Source: a virus. From it: a DNA stretch of 64,000 nt. The stretch spans positions 1-64,000 of the IMG/VR virus record IMGVR_UViG_3300037521_000114; one strand, 5' to 3'. The translations under genes and the position numbers were made by a program. This document shows, one piece after another, positions 35,903 through 46,908 of the stretch. Below the pieces are notes generated by a model, which had not been told where the DNA came from, searched no databases, and saw only the letters and a list, made by a program, of their open reading frames with translations. Numbering within the stretch: position 1 is the stretch's first letter; every line of letters starts with the position of its first letter.

Positions 35903-37875
35903 TAAAATTCAGTTTTAACATAACTACGAAGAGTCTGTTCTTGGAAATTTGAGATCATACCTTTCACTTCGTCAAGTGTTTTATGAGATGTACGTGGAGT
36001 AACACCATCAGGCATCATGTGTATAGTCTGATTTCCAGCAGCATCTATTTCATAAACAGTAATCTCTATATTACTATCACGCATTGGGTCTTCACCAATA
36101 GGTCTTTGACCTCCTTTTCCAGCATAGGACATCTCCATCATTAGCTCGTTACCATTTTCGCTTTCACCCATAGGTACTCTCTTGTTGTAATCGTTACCTT
36201 TTACAAGACTCTCCTCAAGATCACGAATACCTGCTGACAGAATTTTTGTATCATCATCGGGAGCGAAATAAAGTTTTTTAAATCCAGTAGCAGTTTGTTT
36301 AGGATCATACACTTGCTGCATGTTTTTATATGTTGGAACTTCAACATAGAACATTCCTTTATCGTAATTGTAACCATATTCAACATCTTCATCCTTGAGG
36401 TATTCTCTGATACCTTGAGGAGACATGTTGAATTTTTCAGATACACCTCTCTTACCTGTAAGGTCTATGACACCATCTGATCGACCTTCAACCATATATT
36501 CGATTCCTGACTGAAGATGATTTGAGAGATGTTGCGTCAGTCCATCAGTTACATCCTGATTAACAATAGGCTTGAGCTTATCAAAAGTGAGCTTAAACTT
36601 ATCCATATCAGTATAGTAAGCCTCCATCAGCTCCTTGTCAGTAAAACCATCATATCCGGGATTACTCTTACGGAGATTCTGCATTGTTTCATACATGGTA
36701 TCATAAGCGTTTTCTACTCTCTCTATACGATTTTGATTAGCTATACCTGAATACCTACCTGTTTGATCATCTTTCCGCCTTTGAACCTGCTCATTTGAAG
36801 CCCACTGTTCAGGAGTTAGCATATTTCCTGTACCTCTACCATCAACTTGACTTTCAAAATAGTTGAACTGACGATTTCTCCTACGGGCATTGGGAAGATT
36901 CAAGTCTTGACCTTCTGCAACATTGGTAAGATCACGACTAAAGATTTGAGCATTTTGTACTTGAGCAGCAGCAGTCTTACGTCTGACAGCCATTGAATCT
37001 TGTATATATTTGAGATCAGTTTTACTGTGGACTCTTGTAAGACCTGCTCCAAGGAGTTGTTCTTCAGCAAATTGTTCAGCAGTCTTCCCAAAGACTCCTT
37101 GCTGTTTTTGTTGCTCCTCACTCAACTCATCTATTCTTCCAAGTTCACCATGTCGTCCAAGGAATAACTGTTGTATTGCAGGATTAGCTGCAAGTTTTCT
37201 AATCTTATCTTCACTAATTCCTGAACGATCTCCTGTTCGAAGAAAATGATCAAGTCCTTCAACATCAACTGGTTGCAATCCAAAGGCTTGAGCATCAGCT
37301 TCAACCATCTTCATAATATCTGTTGCAGTCTTAGCATAGTCACCTCTTGCAGCCATGTCAACCTCGAAAGCACTTGATGCTCTTACATTACCTTGTTCAT
37401 CAAGAGTACTCAGATTTGAAGGATCATTGAAAATGAAAGCATTAGGATTTTTGATTTTAAATTCTCGTGCTGCTTCTCTACGCTTCTCAACTTCTTTCTG
37501 AGCGTTCCAAAACTTGTGTCCTCTAATTGCGGTAACTTGACCTGCAACTGCTTTTGCGGCACGTCCCCAATCTCCACCATACTGATCCTGAACAAGCGTA
37601 TCAATACCTTGCATCCCTTCTTTAATAATACGATTCTTACTTTCCAAGTCATCTAAACCAACTTGTTGTTGAGTAAGTGCATCCTTCTGTGCAAGAGCAC
37701 CTGCATAACCTACATCGAAAGCAGTTTGCCTACGATCAAGCTCTGCTGTCATCGTGTCAATAGGAATAGGATTAAAGAAAGATTGAGATTGGATATTAGT
37801 AGGTCCTTGGTAAGCAGATACTCCGCTTCCTCCAAATCTTCTACCACCATATCCTCCTGTATATTGATTAGGCAT
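35902..37875 (-). CDS. Putative internal virion (cargo) protein
   Basis: 657 aa; between the GG-motif cargo genes and the vRNAP; start/stop overlap with the vRNAP gene. Confidence 0.65.
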   Translation of the reverse strand: MPNQYTGGYGGRRFGGSGVSAYQGPTNIQSQSFFNPIPIDTMTAELDRRQTAFDVGYAGALAQKDALTQQQVGLDDLESKNRIIKEGMQGIDTLVQDQYGGDWGRAAKAVAGQVTAIRGHKFWNAQKEVEKRREAAREFKIKNPNAFIFNDPSNLSTLDEQGNVRASSAFEVDMAARGDYAKTATDIMKMVEADAQAFGLQPVDVEGLDHFLRTGDRSGISEDKIRKLAANPAIQQLFLGRHGELGRIDELSEEQQKQQGVFGKTAEQFAEEQLLGAGLTRVHSKTDLKYIQDSMAVRRKTAAAQVQNAQIFSRDLTNVAEGQDLNLPNARRRNRQFNYFESQVDGRGTGNMLTPEQWASNEQVQRRKDDQTGRYSGIANQNRIERVENAYDTMYETMQNLRKSNPGYDGFTDKELMEAYYTDMDKFKLTFDKLKPIVNQDVTDGLTQHLSNHLQSGIEYMVEGRSDGVIDLTGKRGVSEKFNMSPQGIREYLKDEDVEYGYNYDKGMFYVEVPTYKNMQQVYDPKQTATGFKKLYFAPDDDTKILSAGIRDLEESLVKGNDYNKRVPMGESENGNELMMEMSYAGKGGQRPIGEDPMRDSNIEITVYEIDAAGNQTIHMMPDGVTPRTSHKTLDEVKGMISNFQEQTLRSYVKTEF

Positions 37876-37892
37876 GATTTTGCGTTTTAAGA

Positions 37893-39611
37893 TTATCCAC
37901 TTACTCGTAGATTCGGATTGTTAAACTGGATACGTGCAGGATCAGTTACTCCGAAGAATCTCCGACCAAACGTTGGGTCGTCTTGTTGAAATCCAAAGTC
38001 CTTATCTGCCATTCTCATGTTAATCAGTTGATCATACTGACCAGAAGCTATACGATCCTGACCGTACTGAGTAATTGCACCTGCTACACCTGAGATTTGC
38101 TGACCACGACGACCAGCGTTAATCAGTTGGTTCTCACGTTCAAGCTGTTCTCTCATCATAGCACTACGCAGGTTCGTCTGATCTGCTTGTGATCTCTGCT
38201 GTGCATTAAACATATTGGTAGCCTGTTTGATCTGAGCGTTCTTGTTAGCTTGAGCTTCCTGACTTGCAGTAAACTGTTGTCCTGCAATTCCTTGAGTAGC
38301 TGTAGCACCTGCAATAGTAGTCTGAGTAAGACCTTGTTGAGTTCCACGACTTCTTGCAACAGAACGTATCTGAGCTTGTGATCTGTCACGCTCACGTTGA
38401 ATCTGTTCACGAGAACGAGAATAGTCCACCAATCGAGGAGCGATCTGCTGTGCAGTTACATCTTCAATATTTTCACCGGCAGGAAGATCAAGTTGTCTGT
38501 TAGCAAGAATGTTTCCAAGTCCTGTTGCTGCTGCTCCCCACCAAGGAACTCTTGATTGAAACATATCAAAGCCTTGCTGTTGACCTGCTGCTCCTGCACC
38601 TGTCTGAGCTACTGCTCCTGCACGAGTTTGAGGAAGTGAATCAGGAGTAAATCCAAGACCTGCATCTTGTCCTAACTGATTGTTCCTAAAAATATCTCCT
38701 GTATTGATACTTCCAGCTCCGACAGAAGCAGCAGCTTGAGCAGGTTTACCTGAAGGAGAAGTTTTAGAACCACGATACGTAAGACCGAGTTTATCAGTAG
38801 CAGTTAGTCCATCATATCCTCCTAGTCCACCATCAAAACCTAAAGGTTCATCTCCTTGAACTTGAGGGAAATTAAGATTAGCTCCTTGGAAGTTTCCTAA
38901 ACTACCATCTGGTTGACCTTGAGCCTGACCTTGACCTTGACCGAGACCAAGACTTGCACGACCCGGACGAGTTTCATCAATACCTAAACTCGCACGACCA
39001 GGACGAGTGTTATCAACAAATCGACCAGCTTGAGCTTGTGCTCCTCTCTGAAGAGGATCAAGTGGACTACGACCTTGAATCAGATCATAAGGACTTACGT
39101 TAAGTTGAGGATTACTAAAGTCTCCTGCCTGATACGCTCCGGTAGGTGCATTGAAAGGTGTACCTTGAAAAGCTCCAAGATAATCTTGCGTCTTATCTCC
39201 AAAGTACTGAGAATATGGATAAGCAGGTTGTCCATAAGGAATCTGATTGAATCCACCACCTTGATACTTAGGAAGTTTACCACCTTTAGCAAATAGAGAC
39301 TGACCAGCAATCTGTGGACCTTGTTGATTACCCTGAGGTTGACTCGGAGGAGTGAGGAGACTTGAGACTGATTGAGTCTGTCTCTTGGTCAACTTACCAC
39401 CGTCAACAAATGTCTGAACCGCTTCCTGTTGGAATTGCTGATCCTTCTGTTGCTTGACAGCTCGTGCTTGTTCCTGTTCCTCTTGCAGTCCAGTAAGCTC
39501 TTGATTCATAGCTTCCATAGCAAGTACATCTCCCTTGTCGAAATTCTCTCCAAGACGAGGCTTGTACTTATTCATAATGCTCTTTGCTCTACTTGCGTAT
39601 GTCTGTGCCAT
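37893..39611 (-). CDS. Putative internal virion (cargo) protein, Gln/Gly/Ala-rich
   Basis: FVDGGKL, FAKGGKL and YQGGGF motifs; low complexity; synteny. Confidence 0.65.
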   Translation of the reverse strand: MAQTYASRAKSIMNKYKPRLGENFDKGDVLAMEAMNQELTGLQEEQEQARAVKQQKDQQFQQEAVQTFVDGGKLTKRQTQSVSSLLTPPSQPQGNQQGPQIAGQSLFAKGGKLPKYQGGGFNQIPYGQPAYPYSQYFGDKTQDYLGAFQGTPFNAPTGAYQAGDFSNPQLNVSPYDLIQGRSPLDPLQRGAQAQAGRFVDNTRPGRASLGIDETRPGRASLGLGQGQGQAQGQPDGSLGNFQGANLNFPQVQGDEPLGFDGGLGGYDGLTATDKLGLTYRGSKTSPSGKPAQAAASVGAGSINTGDIFRNNQLGQDAGLGFTPDSLPQTRAGAVAQTGAGAAGQQQGFDMFQSRVPWWGAAATGLGNILANRQLDLPAGENIEDVTAQQIAPRLVDYSRSREQIQRERDRSQAQIRSVARSRGTQQGLTQTTIAGATATQGIAGQQFTASQEAQANKNAQIKQATNMFNAQQRSQADQTNLRSAMMREQLERENQLINAGRRGQQISGVAGAITQYGQDRIASGQYDQLINMRMADKDFGFQQDDPTFGRRFFGVTDPARIQFNNPNLRVSG

Positions 39612-39615
39612 GATG

Positions 39616-42600
39616 TTATGCTGTTAGATCATCGTTATCACTAAATATATATCCGTTCCATGCTACTTCACCTATCTCAGTCAAGCCTACAGCAGACTGT
39701 TTGCTTGTCCCAACAGGATTACCTTTTGCATCGACAGGGATTCCTCCTTGAGGACCATTGTGAGATTGTCCATTACTGTAATCCACAATCATAGGATTCA
39801 TAGCATTACCTTGTCCTTGATCCATCAGACCACCTCCAAATTGATATGTCTCAAAGGTAGCACCGTAATCAATATTTTCTTGTGGATCAAACTGAGCAGC
39901 TAAAGCAGAAGCCGTTTCACGTTTCTGAGCAGATGCTTCTTCACGACCCTGAGCTTCTACAAGTTCATCCTCTGCTCTATTTTTACGAACAGCACCTACA
40001 ATAGCATCTGTAGCATATCCTGCACCAATAAGAATAGGTCCAACTATTGTTCCAATAGGAGGAATTACACTGATGACACCACCGACTGATTTCAGAATCT
40101 TACCTGCATTATCTCCAAGCCAACTTCCAAAGGAAAGTTCGGGTAGATAACCAAGTAATTGTCCTCCGTCTTGATAGACAGGATAAGAACCTTCTGTTTG
40201 TTCTTGAGAAAGGTTTCCTATAAAACCATCATATTGTTCTTGAGAAAGTTGTCCACCATTTTCAAATCTTGGTCCACTCTGAGGTGCATATATAGGAGAA
40301 GTAAACGCATTATTAGATTGACCTTGTTGAGCTTGTAAAGCACCGGGAATCCCTCCTAATGGTTGTCCTGATGGTTGTCCTGATCCTGCTCGTTGACCTT
40401 GTAACTGCTGTGCTTGTAGTAATTGGCTCTGTCCCATCTGATTCAGAGTAGCATCTGTAGCAGCGTTAGCAGCACCTTGACCATCATCTCGTCTTGAATT
40501 GAGATACTGATTAAGATTCATACCACCTTGTTGCTGTTGCATATACTGACCAATTCCTAATCCACCCATAGCAGCCATATCAAATCCACCATACTGACCA
40601 CCAACAACATTAGCACCTGCAAGACTTCCAGAACTTGCTCCCATCATAGCACTACCAATACCTGAAATATCAGAAGGATTGATGTTACTTAAAAAACCTG
40701 AAGCACCTTCTCCAATAGCTCCACCAAAGGTTCCACCTGCTCCACCGTATGCACTCAGAGCAGCACCACCGATATTCATTGCAAGTGCTCCCCAATCTGG
40801 ATCAGGGAGATCGAGATACTTTAGATTTTCAAGGTCTTCATGTCGTCCTGCAAGTTGTCCAGTATTAAGGGTTCTTGCGAACTGATCTTTTCCAAATGTT
40901 TCTCCACCCCACTGATATTGAGGAAGTTTACCACCGTTTGCTTTCTTTTCAATACCTTCTTGATAGCCTCTCCACGCTTCAGTATTCTTATAATTCTTTG
41001 CAAAGAATTTTGCTCTTTCAGAAGAAGACATTTTAATTGCATTTCCAGCACCTATAACCTGATCACCTACTTGGTTCTGAGGAACCTCTCTCATTGTAGA
41101 GTCCTGATTCATAATTACTCGTGGAGCAACGTAATTACCATAGCTTCCCAGCAAGTGACTTTGAGAGCCTCCGGGAATCGGTATTTGAAGGTTTGGATCA
41201 GGGTTGTAAATTCTATCAACGAAAGGAACATTCCTGTTAGCGTTGAATGTAGAATCCATTTGTGCAGAAGTTAGTTCACCACCATCCTGAAAGGTGTGTG
41301 CTGCATGTTGCTCTCTGGTGTGACCCATAGCTTTAGCAGCAGCATCAAACTTCTTCTTCTCTGGTGCTGAGAGGTCTAAGTATCCACCATCCTGATGTCG
41401 TACAAGTTTACCTCCACAACCTAAAGCAGGAAGTGGAAGTTCTGGATTCCTTCCCAAAGGAGTACTGTCTCCTGCGAGATAACCACCATGCTTCTGCTGC
41501 GGTAGATTCTGTGCAAGTTGCTCCTGTTGTTGTTGTGCTGCTCGATTTTGATTCTGCTTATGGTGCATACCATCAGGAGGTAATAGTGGGAGTGTAGCTA
41601 TTTGTTCCTCTGTCAGGAACCTTTTTCCTTTACCAATATTTAACTCAAGAGGTATAGTAGTCTTAACTTGCTCACCAAATGCGTGTAACCTATTCCATTT
41701 TCCTCCTTCTTTTCCTTTCTGAGATTGAATATAACCACTGTTATTCCAGATGTCTCTCATCTCACTTACTGTCGCACCTTCTTTTAATCCTGCTTTATTC
41801 TGAGAAGGATTGAAATCATAATCATCTGATATTACAATTTCACCTTTTTCATTTCTGTAAACTTGAACATTACCTGTAAACTGAGATAGTGAGAGTTCAG
41901 TATTTTTCAATATCTCCTTCATCCCTCTACCCTTAATTTCCTGTAAAGCAGCATCAGAACTTACTGCCTGATTGATCAGTTCATCATCAGAATAATCTCT
42001 GTAATCAAGTGAACCACCTTTACCACTGAGAAGATTCCTTGCTATGACATCCCTGTAAGTCATCTTCTCTTTCCGAGTGATGAACTTTTCAGTGATAGGT
42101 CTTGCTGAATTTTCGTCTTGGATTCCATGTCCAACAGCAGCAACGTGAGCCATATATCTTGGATAACCTCTGACAGCAGCAGGGAGTCTCAATGCTCCTA
42201 TATTTGATCTACTTTCCGCTTCTGTAGCTTCTCTCTGTTCTGCTTCTGTTACAGCAGTTCCTAATGGAGTCATTTCTCCCTCAACCATTTTCTCTACTTC
42301 AACAGGTTTCATTACTTCCTGTAATTCAGTAGGTACATCTTCCACAATTTGATCCGTAATCCTTTCATTCATGAAACTACTATACTCCTTCAAAGCAACT
42401 TTACTTGTAACACGCTTTGGTTCAGCATCCGGTGAGGACTTGAACATTAAGTTTCCACTATCATCTTTGAAGTAATCGTAGTCCTTGTAAGCCTTGTTAC
42501 TTCTGAAGTCTGATCCTTTTACAGCAGGTGATATTCTTTCAAAATCGAGAATATCATTTGTCTCTACACGAGTAGCATCTATAGCAGTAGTCTCAGGAGT

Positions 42601-42927
42601 AAATTCTGGACGTTGAGGAATAGATCGTTGTCCACCTACAAGAGGTCCTTGAGTAGGAGCTTGTGGATCAACTCTTGGATCAAACTGAGGAGTATAGGTA
42701 GCAGGGTTACTTGGATCAAGAGGACTATTAAATCGTCGTTGTTGTTGTTGAGTAGGTACACCACCAGCGAGAGGTCCTAATGTAGGATCATCAGGTTGAG
42801 CTGTTCGATGAAACTCAGGAATATACTGGTCAGCAAGATTACCACCATCTTGAAATATATGTGCAGCGTGTTGTTCAATAGTATGACCCATAGCTGCTGC
42901 GTCTTGTGCAAATCGTGACTTTGGCAT
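39616..42927 (-). CDS. Putative cargo protein with repeated xxxGGxL motifs and a hydrophobic segment
   Basis: About 10 GG motifs, TM-like VGGVISVIPPIGTIVGPILIGAGY, C-terminal G.SH.GPQGGIP...E.GEV; directly after the muzzle gene. Confidence 0.7.
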   Translation of the reverse strand: MPKSRFAQDAAAMGHTIEQHAAHIFQDGGNLADQYIPEFHRTAQPDDPTLGPLAGGVPTQQQQRRFNSPLDPSNPATYTPQFDPRVDPQAPTQGPLVGGQRSIPQRPEFTPETTAIDATRVETNDILDFERISPAVKGSDFRSNKAYKDYDYFKDDSGNLMFKSSPDAEPKRVTSKVALKEYSSFMNERITDQIVEDVPTELQEVMKPVEVEKMVEGEMTPLGTAVTEAEQREATEAESRSNIGALRLPAAVRGYPRYMAHVAAVGHGIQDENSARPITEKFITRKEKMTYRDVIARNLLSGKGGSLDYRDYSDDELINQAVSSDAALQEIKGRGMKEILKNTELSLSQFTGNVQVYRNEKGEIVISDDYDFNPSQNKAGLKEGATVSEMRDIWNNSGYIQSQKGKEGGKWNRLHAFGEQVKTTIPLELNIGKGKRFLTEEQIATLPLLPPDGMHHKQNQNRAAQQQQEQLAQNLPQQKHGGYLAGDSTPLGRNPELPLPALGCGGKLVRHQDGGYLDLSAPEKKKFDAAAKAMGHTREQHAAHTFQDGGELTSAQMDSTFNANRNVPFVDRIYNPDPNLQIPIPGGSQSHLLGSYGNYVAPRVIMNQDSTMREVPQNQVGDQVIGAGNAIKMSSSERAKFFAKNYKNTEAWRGYQEGIEKKANGGKLPQYQWGGETFGKDQFARTLNTGQLAGRHEDLENLKYLDLPDPDWGALAMNIGGAALSAYGGAGGTFGGAIGEGASGFLSNINPSDISGIGSAMMGASSGSLAGANVVGGQYGGFDMAAMGGLGIGQYMQQQQGGMNLNQYLNSRRDDGQGAANAATDATLNQMGQSQLLQAQQLQGQRAGSGQPSGQPLGGIPGALQAQQGQSNNAFTSPIYAPQSGPRFENGGQLSQEQYDGFIGNLSQEQTEGSYPVYQDGGQLLGYLPELSFGSWLGDNAGKILKSVGGVISVIPPIGTIVGPILIGAGYATDAIVGAVRKNRAEDELVEAQGREEASAQKRETASALAAQFDPQENIDYGATFETYQFGGGLMDQGQGNAMNPMIVDYSNGQSHNGPQGGIPVDAKGNPVGTSKQSAVGLTEIGEVAWNGYIFSDNDDLTA

Positions 42928-43017
42928 AATATTTTTTATTAGGTCCTAAGTACCAATAATGTAAAAATACTCCATAATCTAATACGCAACAATCAATCAA
43001 TCAAAAACTTTCTAATG

Positions 43018-46000
43018 TCAACTATTAGATATTGTAACGGAAGTTTGCATATCATGTATTACAAGTCGCTTGTCTGCATTGTCATTTAAGTAAGCGAACT
43101 TGGCGAATATATGAGTGTCACGCATACGTGAATAACGATTATCGAGAACTGGTCCTTGTACACCTTGATGAGACTCATACAGTGCTCTTGGAATAGTATA
43201 TCGCCATGTACGCATCCTACGCTTGATGTTCTGTCCAGATATGAGTTCAATCTCTCCTGTGTGCTGATAATCATTCCACATGGTAATGTGATCGAAAGTA
43301 TCACGAGTATCTACATTATCGACAAACGATTCTGTTAACCACTCAAAATTATTGAAGATGCCGATCTCAGTTACCGAAGGGTTAATAAGAAATGTTATGG
43401 AAATCTCTCTGTAATTTCCATAGATCATACCTCTTGCTCCTGCAAAATCATTATGCCTGTGAAACTGATGAAATGAACCACTGGTTCCGAGAACTTTCTC
43501 AAGATAGTTGATTACATAAAATGGTTGATTGTCTGTAAAGGTGACAAACGATTGAGTCATTTCATTGTATACGAGTCCAAAATGCTCAGTGTTATCCACG
43601 ATATAAACTTCCCTGTATTCAGGATCATAGTATAAGTGCATAGCTCCATCAATAGTAATGGTCATGTCCTTAGCTTCCACGATATTCTCTCTAAACCAAG
43701 CACTCATACCTCTCATCATGGAAATCTCTTCCGGACCTTTGGTGTGTTGGAACATGGACTGATTGATCACATCAACCCAATAGAGAGCGTTAGGTGTCTG
43801 AAGTAAATGTCTCCAATGGGAACATCCCATGTTAGTCTTACCGTAGTCATATCGGTCTAAGATACCAGTTGAACCAAGAACTATTTGAGCACCTGTATCT
43901 GTTGATGAAACCAATGCTCTCTCGTTTACACTCAGTAAACCAAATGCTTTCGGTTGAAAGAATAAAAGTTGATTACCCATTGTTTCCAATACAGTCAAGG
44001 GACCAAATTGAGGATCAACTTCTATAAAGGAATCTGTACGGAACCTGAGCCAACTGTCAGAAGCCTCACCATTGATCTTCTTGTCGGAGGCATACACTCG
44101 TGTATCAATATCTGAGAGTGGTCTCCAATCAAAGGGTCTTGGAATGAATATGATAGTATCATTCTCTTTCGAGTAAACAGTATTATATCTGTAAAGGTCT
44201 TCGAATTGGAAGAGTATATTAGTATAAAGACCTTCTGATATTTCTCCGTCAGCCCATATCCCTGCTTCATCATGCAGGAAGATTGCTTCGTATTGACCAC
44301 TCTGTTCAGTGTAAGGCTCGTCAACTCTTAGACCAGCATTTATACTTGATTCACATGGAAATGAAATAACATCCGGTAATACACCACTGGTTAATGCTTC
44401 TTCATTCTGACGAGCGTTCCACATATATTCGAACGCTACCAGATAAGTATCACCACCTCTGGCTTCAGCAACTACATCAAATATACCATTTTCATCATGA
44501 ACATCACTACAAGAAATATACTGACTTACACTTCTTGCATTGTAATCAGTTCCTCCATATTGAGTAGTAAATACATTACGCCTGTAATTTAGAATAGGGA
44601 TTCCAGTATTGTAATCGTCCTCTTTCTCGTAGTAAAACCCACTGGTAAATAGAAAACATATTCCCTTGTCAGTGAAATTGGTAAGATTATTTATAGAGTA
44701 ACTGTTACCTGAACCAAAATTCTTAGCAATATCTGACTGAAGAATCATTTGACCTTCAAGAACATCTGCGAAACTATCACTATGAAATTCATTTCCTGAC
44801 ACAGCACTTCCAGCAGGTGTTTGTTGAGCTGATAAACCAGAGGGATCATCGTACTTGTAGTACTTGAGGCGATCATCAGGAGTCGTATCCTGATACAGAC
44901 TTCCGAGTACTGTACCTATAACCTGAATAAAATCAGTTCCTTTTGTTGAAAGGTTTTTATTGAATGAAATCTCAGGAGAGTGAAACTGTACTGTAGAATT
45001 AGTACTATTTGCTGCTCCCCATTCCTGATGAAAGAAACTACCACTTGCACCAGTAACAGGCATACCTATACCTTGAGCAAGAATACTTCTATCATTACCA
45101 CTACGTTTAACTCTTACAATTTCAAAACTCTCTGCCCCATCAGGTATATTCTTGATAGTAAACTCAACATATAAAGGATATGCAAGTAATTCAGGTATGT
45201 CATTAGTAAACGCATAGTATGGAGAAGCAGGAGTTTGATCCGTACTCATGGAAGGCATCCGGATGTCAGCTATCCATTTAACAAAAGATGCACGTCCTTT
45301 CAAATCAAAGAATACAATCCCAAAGCGATAGGTTTCATCCCTTTGAAAACTCACTCTTTCACCAGCGTTCCATGTAGATTTATAACTATTAAAACGTCGT
45401 TGATCACCTACAAGTATTCCACCACCGTAATTATTATAATTACCACCATTGGTAATGTCAACACTCAATGCACTTGCATACGCCTCTCTGCGAATCCTGT
45501 ACTCTACGTTAGGACCCTCTCCACCAACAGTTTCACCATCAGATTGATACATGAATCGCCAAGTATGATCTCCATCATTATCGAGATCATTGAACTGGTT
45601 GATAGCATCGAACTCTTCATCAATAAGGTCCCATGTAGCAACAACAGGAACACCGGAAGCTGTTACATTTCCACTATCGTCTATCTCATAATAACTTACA
45701 AGATCACTATCGTAGATTCTTGCTACCTGCGAACCTTGAGTAGCAGCACCGTAAATAGCGTTATAGTTAAAAGTAAGTGAGTCGTCTTCCCATCCAGAAT
45801 ACCGATAGGCTCTTGCATCGTAGTCAACATCAAAATCTTCAACGATTACATTTCCTGCAAACAAAATGTTATCTTTTGTTTCGATAACCTCTGCGGAGAA
45901 CAAAGTAGTTTGCAGCAATCTAAGTTCATTAAGAGTATAACTTCCAAAGGATTCTCCGGTATCAATAAACTGATATGTTCCTGCACCGGGAATACTTTCT

Positions 46001-46908
46001 TCTTTAACAATACGAAGCTCAGGTTCAAGATTGAGTGCACTATAATGTATGGCTACAACACGAATCCTTGTGTAGTGGTCCGATTCAACTACAATTTCAT
46101 TGACAGTTGATTTGCCTGTATTTACATCAATTTCCGAACCCTTGTAGTCTCTATCAATAAATCCAAAATCACTACTCTCACTGAGGTTAATAAGATTACT
46201 TACAGGAGAAAATACAGTTTCACCACCGTTAAGAGTATAAAGCTGGTAAGCATACTGGACTCTTCCAGACTTGAGATTTCCCGAACCCATATCAATGAGT
46301 GTAGGTTTAGTAATTTCAACATCACCGAGAACTTCAAGTCGATCCGTAGGAATACTTGTAAGATCATTGGTGTCTTCATCATAAACTATATTTATATACC
46401 GAAGTCGATTATATCCATCTACCCAATAGACTTTCTGAACGTACTGATTCTCATATCTTCCAACACATTGAATAGGATATTCTGTAGAAAAACTGAGTGC
46501 GTTTCTGTATATCCAACTTCCTCCGTTTATTTCATAATCAGGAAGAGGACTCAGTACCATAGTTCCTGTAAGAGCTTCAAGGTCTGCGATAGGAACTTTA
46601 ATAATAAAATCATTGTTTGCAGCAGGATCAGGTGGACCTGAAACATTCTCTGTGATAAATAATATGATGTTGTCTCTGAGAATACAGTATCCTACAATCG
46701 TAACAGGAATACTTCCTCCGGTTCCATTGACGTTGGATATATCAAGACGTTCGATAGTTCCTGCCATGTCTTCAAGAGCACCACTACTCACACCGTCCTG
46801 AGTCAGGATACGAACATTATTCGCTCCATAGTAATGACGGTTGTCATACTTGTTCTTGGATGAATCCCTGTCCATCCCTGCTGAAAATTCATTACTAAGT
46901 ACTGCCAT
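43018..46908 (-). CDS. Tail stabilisation/muzzle protein (P22 gp10-like, crAss-type)
   Basis: N-terminal NEFSAGMDRD..Y..A.N.R, QRDETYRFGIVF, C-terminal RRMRTWRY.IPR...RMRD; position after a ring protein. Confidence 0.8.
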   Translation of the reverse strand: MAVLSNEFSAGMDRDSSKNKYDNRHYYGANNVRILTQDGVSSGALEDMAGTIERLDISNVNGTGGSIPVTIVGYCILRDNIILFITENVSGPPDPAANNDFIIKVPIADLEALTGTMVLSPLPDYEINGGSWIYRNALSFSTEYPIQCVGRYENQYVQKVYWVDGYNRLRYINIVYDEDTNDLTSIPTDRLEVLGDVEITKPTLIDMGSGNLKSGRVQYAYQLYTLNGGETVFSPVSNLINLSESSDFGFIDRDYKGSEIDVNTGKSTVNEIVVESDHYTRIRVVAIHYSALNLEPELRIVKEESIPGAGTYQFIDTGESFGSYTLNELRLLQTTLFSAEVIETKDNILFAGNVIVEDFDVDYDARAYRYSGWEDDSLTFNYNAIYGAATQGSQVARIYDSDLVSYYEIDDSGNVTASGVPVVATWDLIDEEFDAINQFNDLDNDGDHTWRFMYQSDGETVGGEGPNVEYRIRREAYASALSVDITNGGNYNNYGGGILVGDQRRFNSYKSTWNAGERVSFQRDETYRFGIVFFDLKGRASFVKWIADIRMPSMSTDQTPASPYYAFTNDIPELLAYPLYVEFTIKNIPDGAESFEIVRVKRSGNDRSILAQGIGMPVTGASGSFFHQEWGAANSTNSTVQFHSPEISFNKNLSTKGTDFIQVIGTVLGSLYQDTTPDDRLKYYKYDDPSGLSAQQTPAGSAVSGNEFHSDSFADVLEGQMILQSDIAKNFGSGNSYSINNLTNFTDKGICFLFTSGFYYEKEDDYNTGIPILNYRRNVFTTQYGGTDYNARSVSQYISCSDVHDENGIFDVVAEARGGDTYLVAFEYMWNARQNEEALTSGVLPDVISFPCESSINAGLRVDEPYTEQSGQYEAIFLHDEAGIWADGEISEGLYTNILFQFEDLYRYNTVYSKENDTIIFIPRPFDWRPLSDIDTRVYASDKKINGEASDSWLRFRTDSFIEVDPQFGPLTVLETMGNQLLFFQPKAFGLLSVNERALVSSTDTGAQIVLGSTGILDRYDYGKTNMGCSHWRHLLQTPNALYWVDVINQSMFQHTKGPEEISMMRGMSAWFRENIVEAKDMTITIDGAMHLYYDPEYREVYIVDNTEHFGLVYNEMTQSFVTFTDNQPFYVINYLEKVLGTSGSFHQFHRHNDFAGARGMIYGNYREISITFLINPSVTEIGIFNNFEWLTESFVDNVDTRDTFDHITMWNDYQHTGEIELISGQNIKRRMRTWRYTIPRALYESHQGVQGPVLDNRYSRMRDTHIFAKFAYLNDNADKRLVIHDMQTSVTISNS

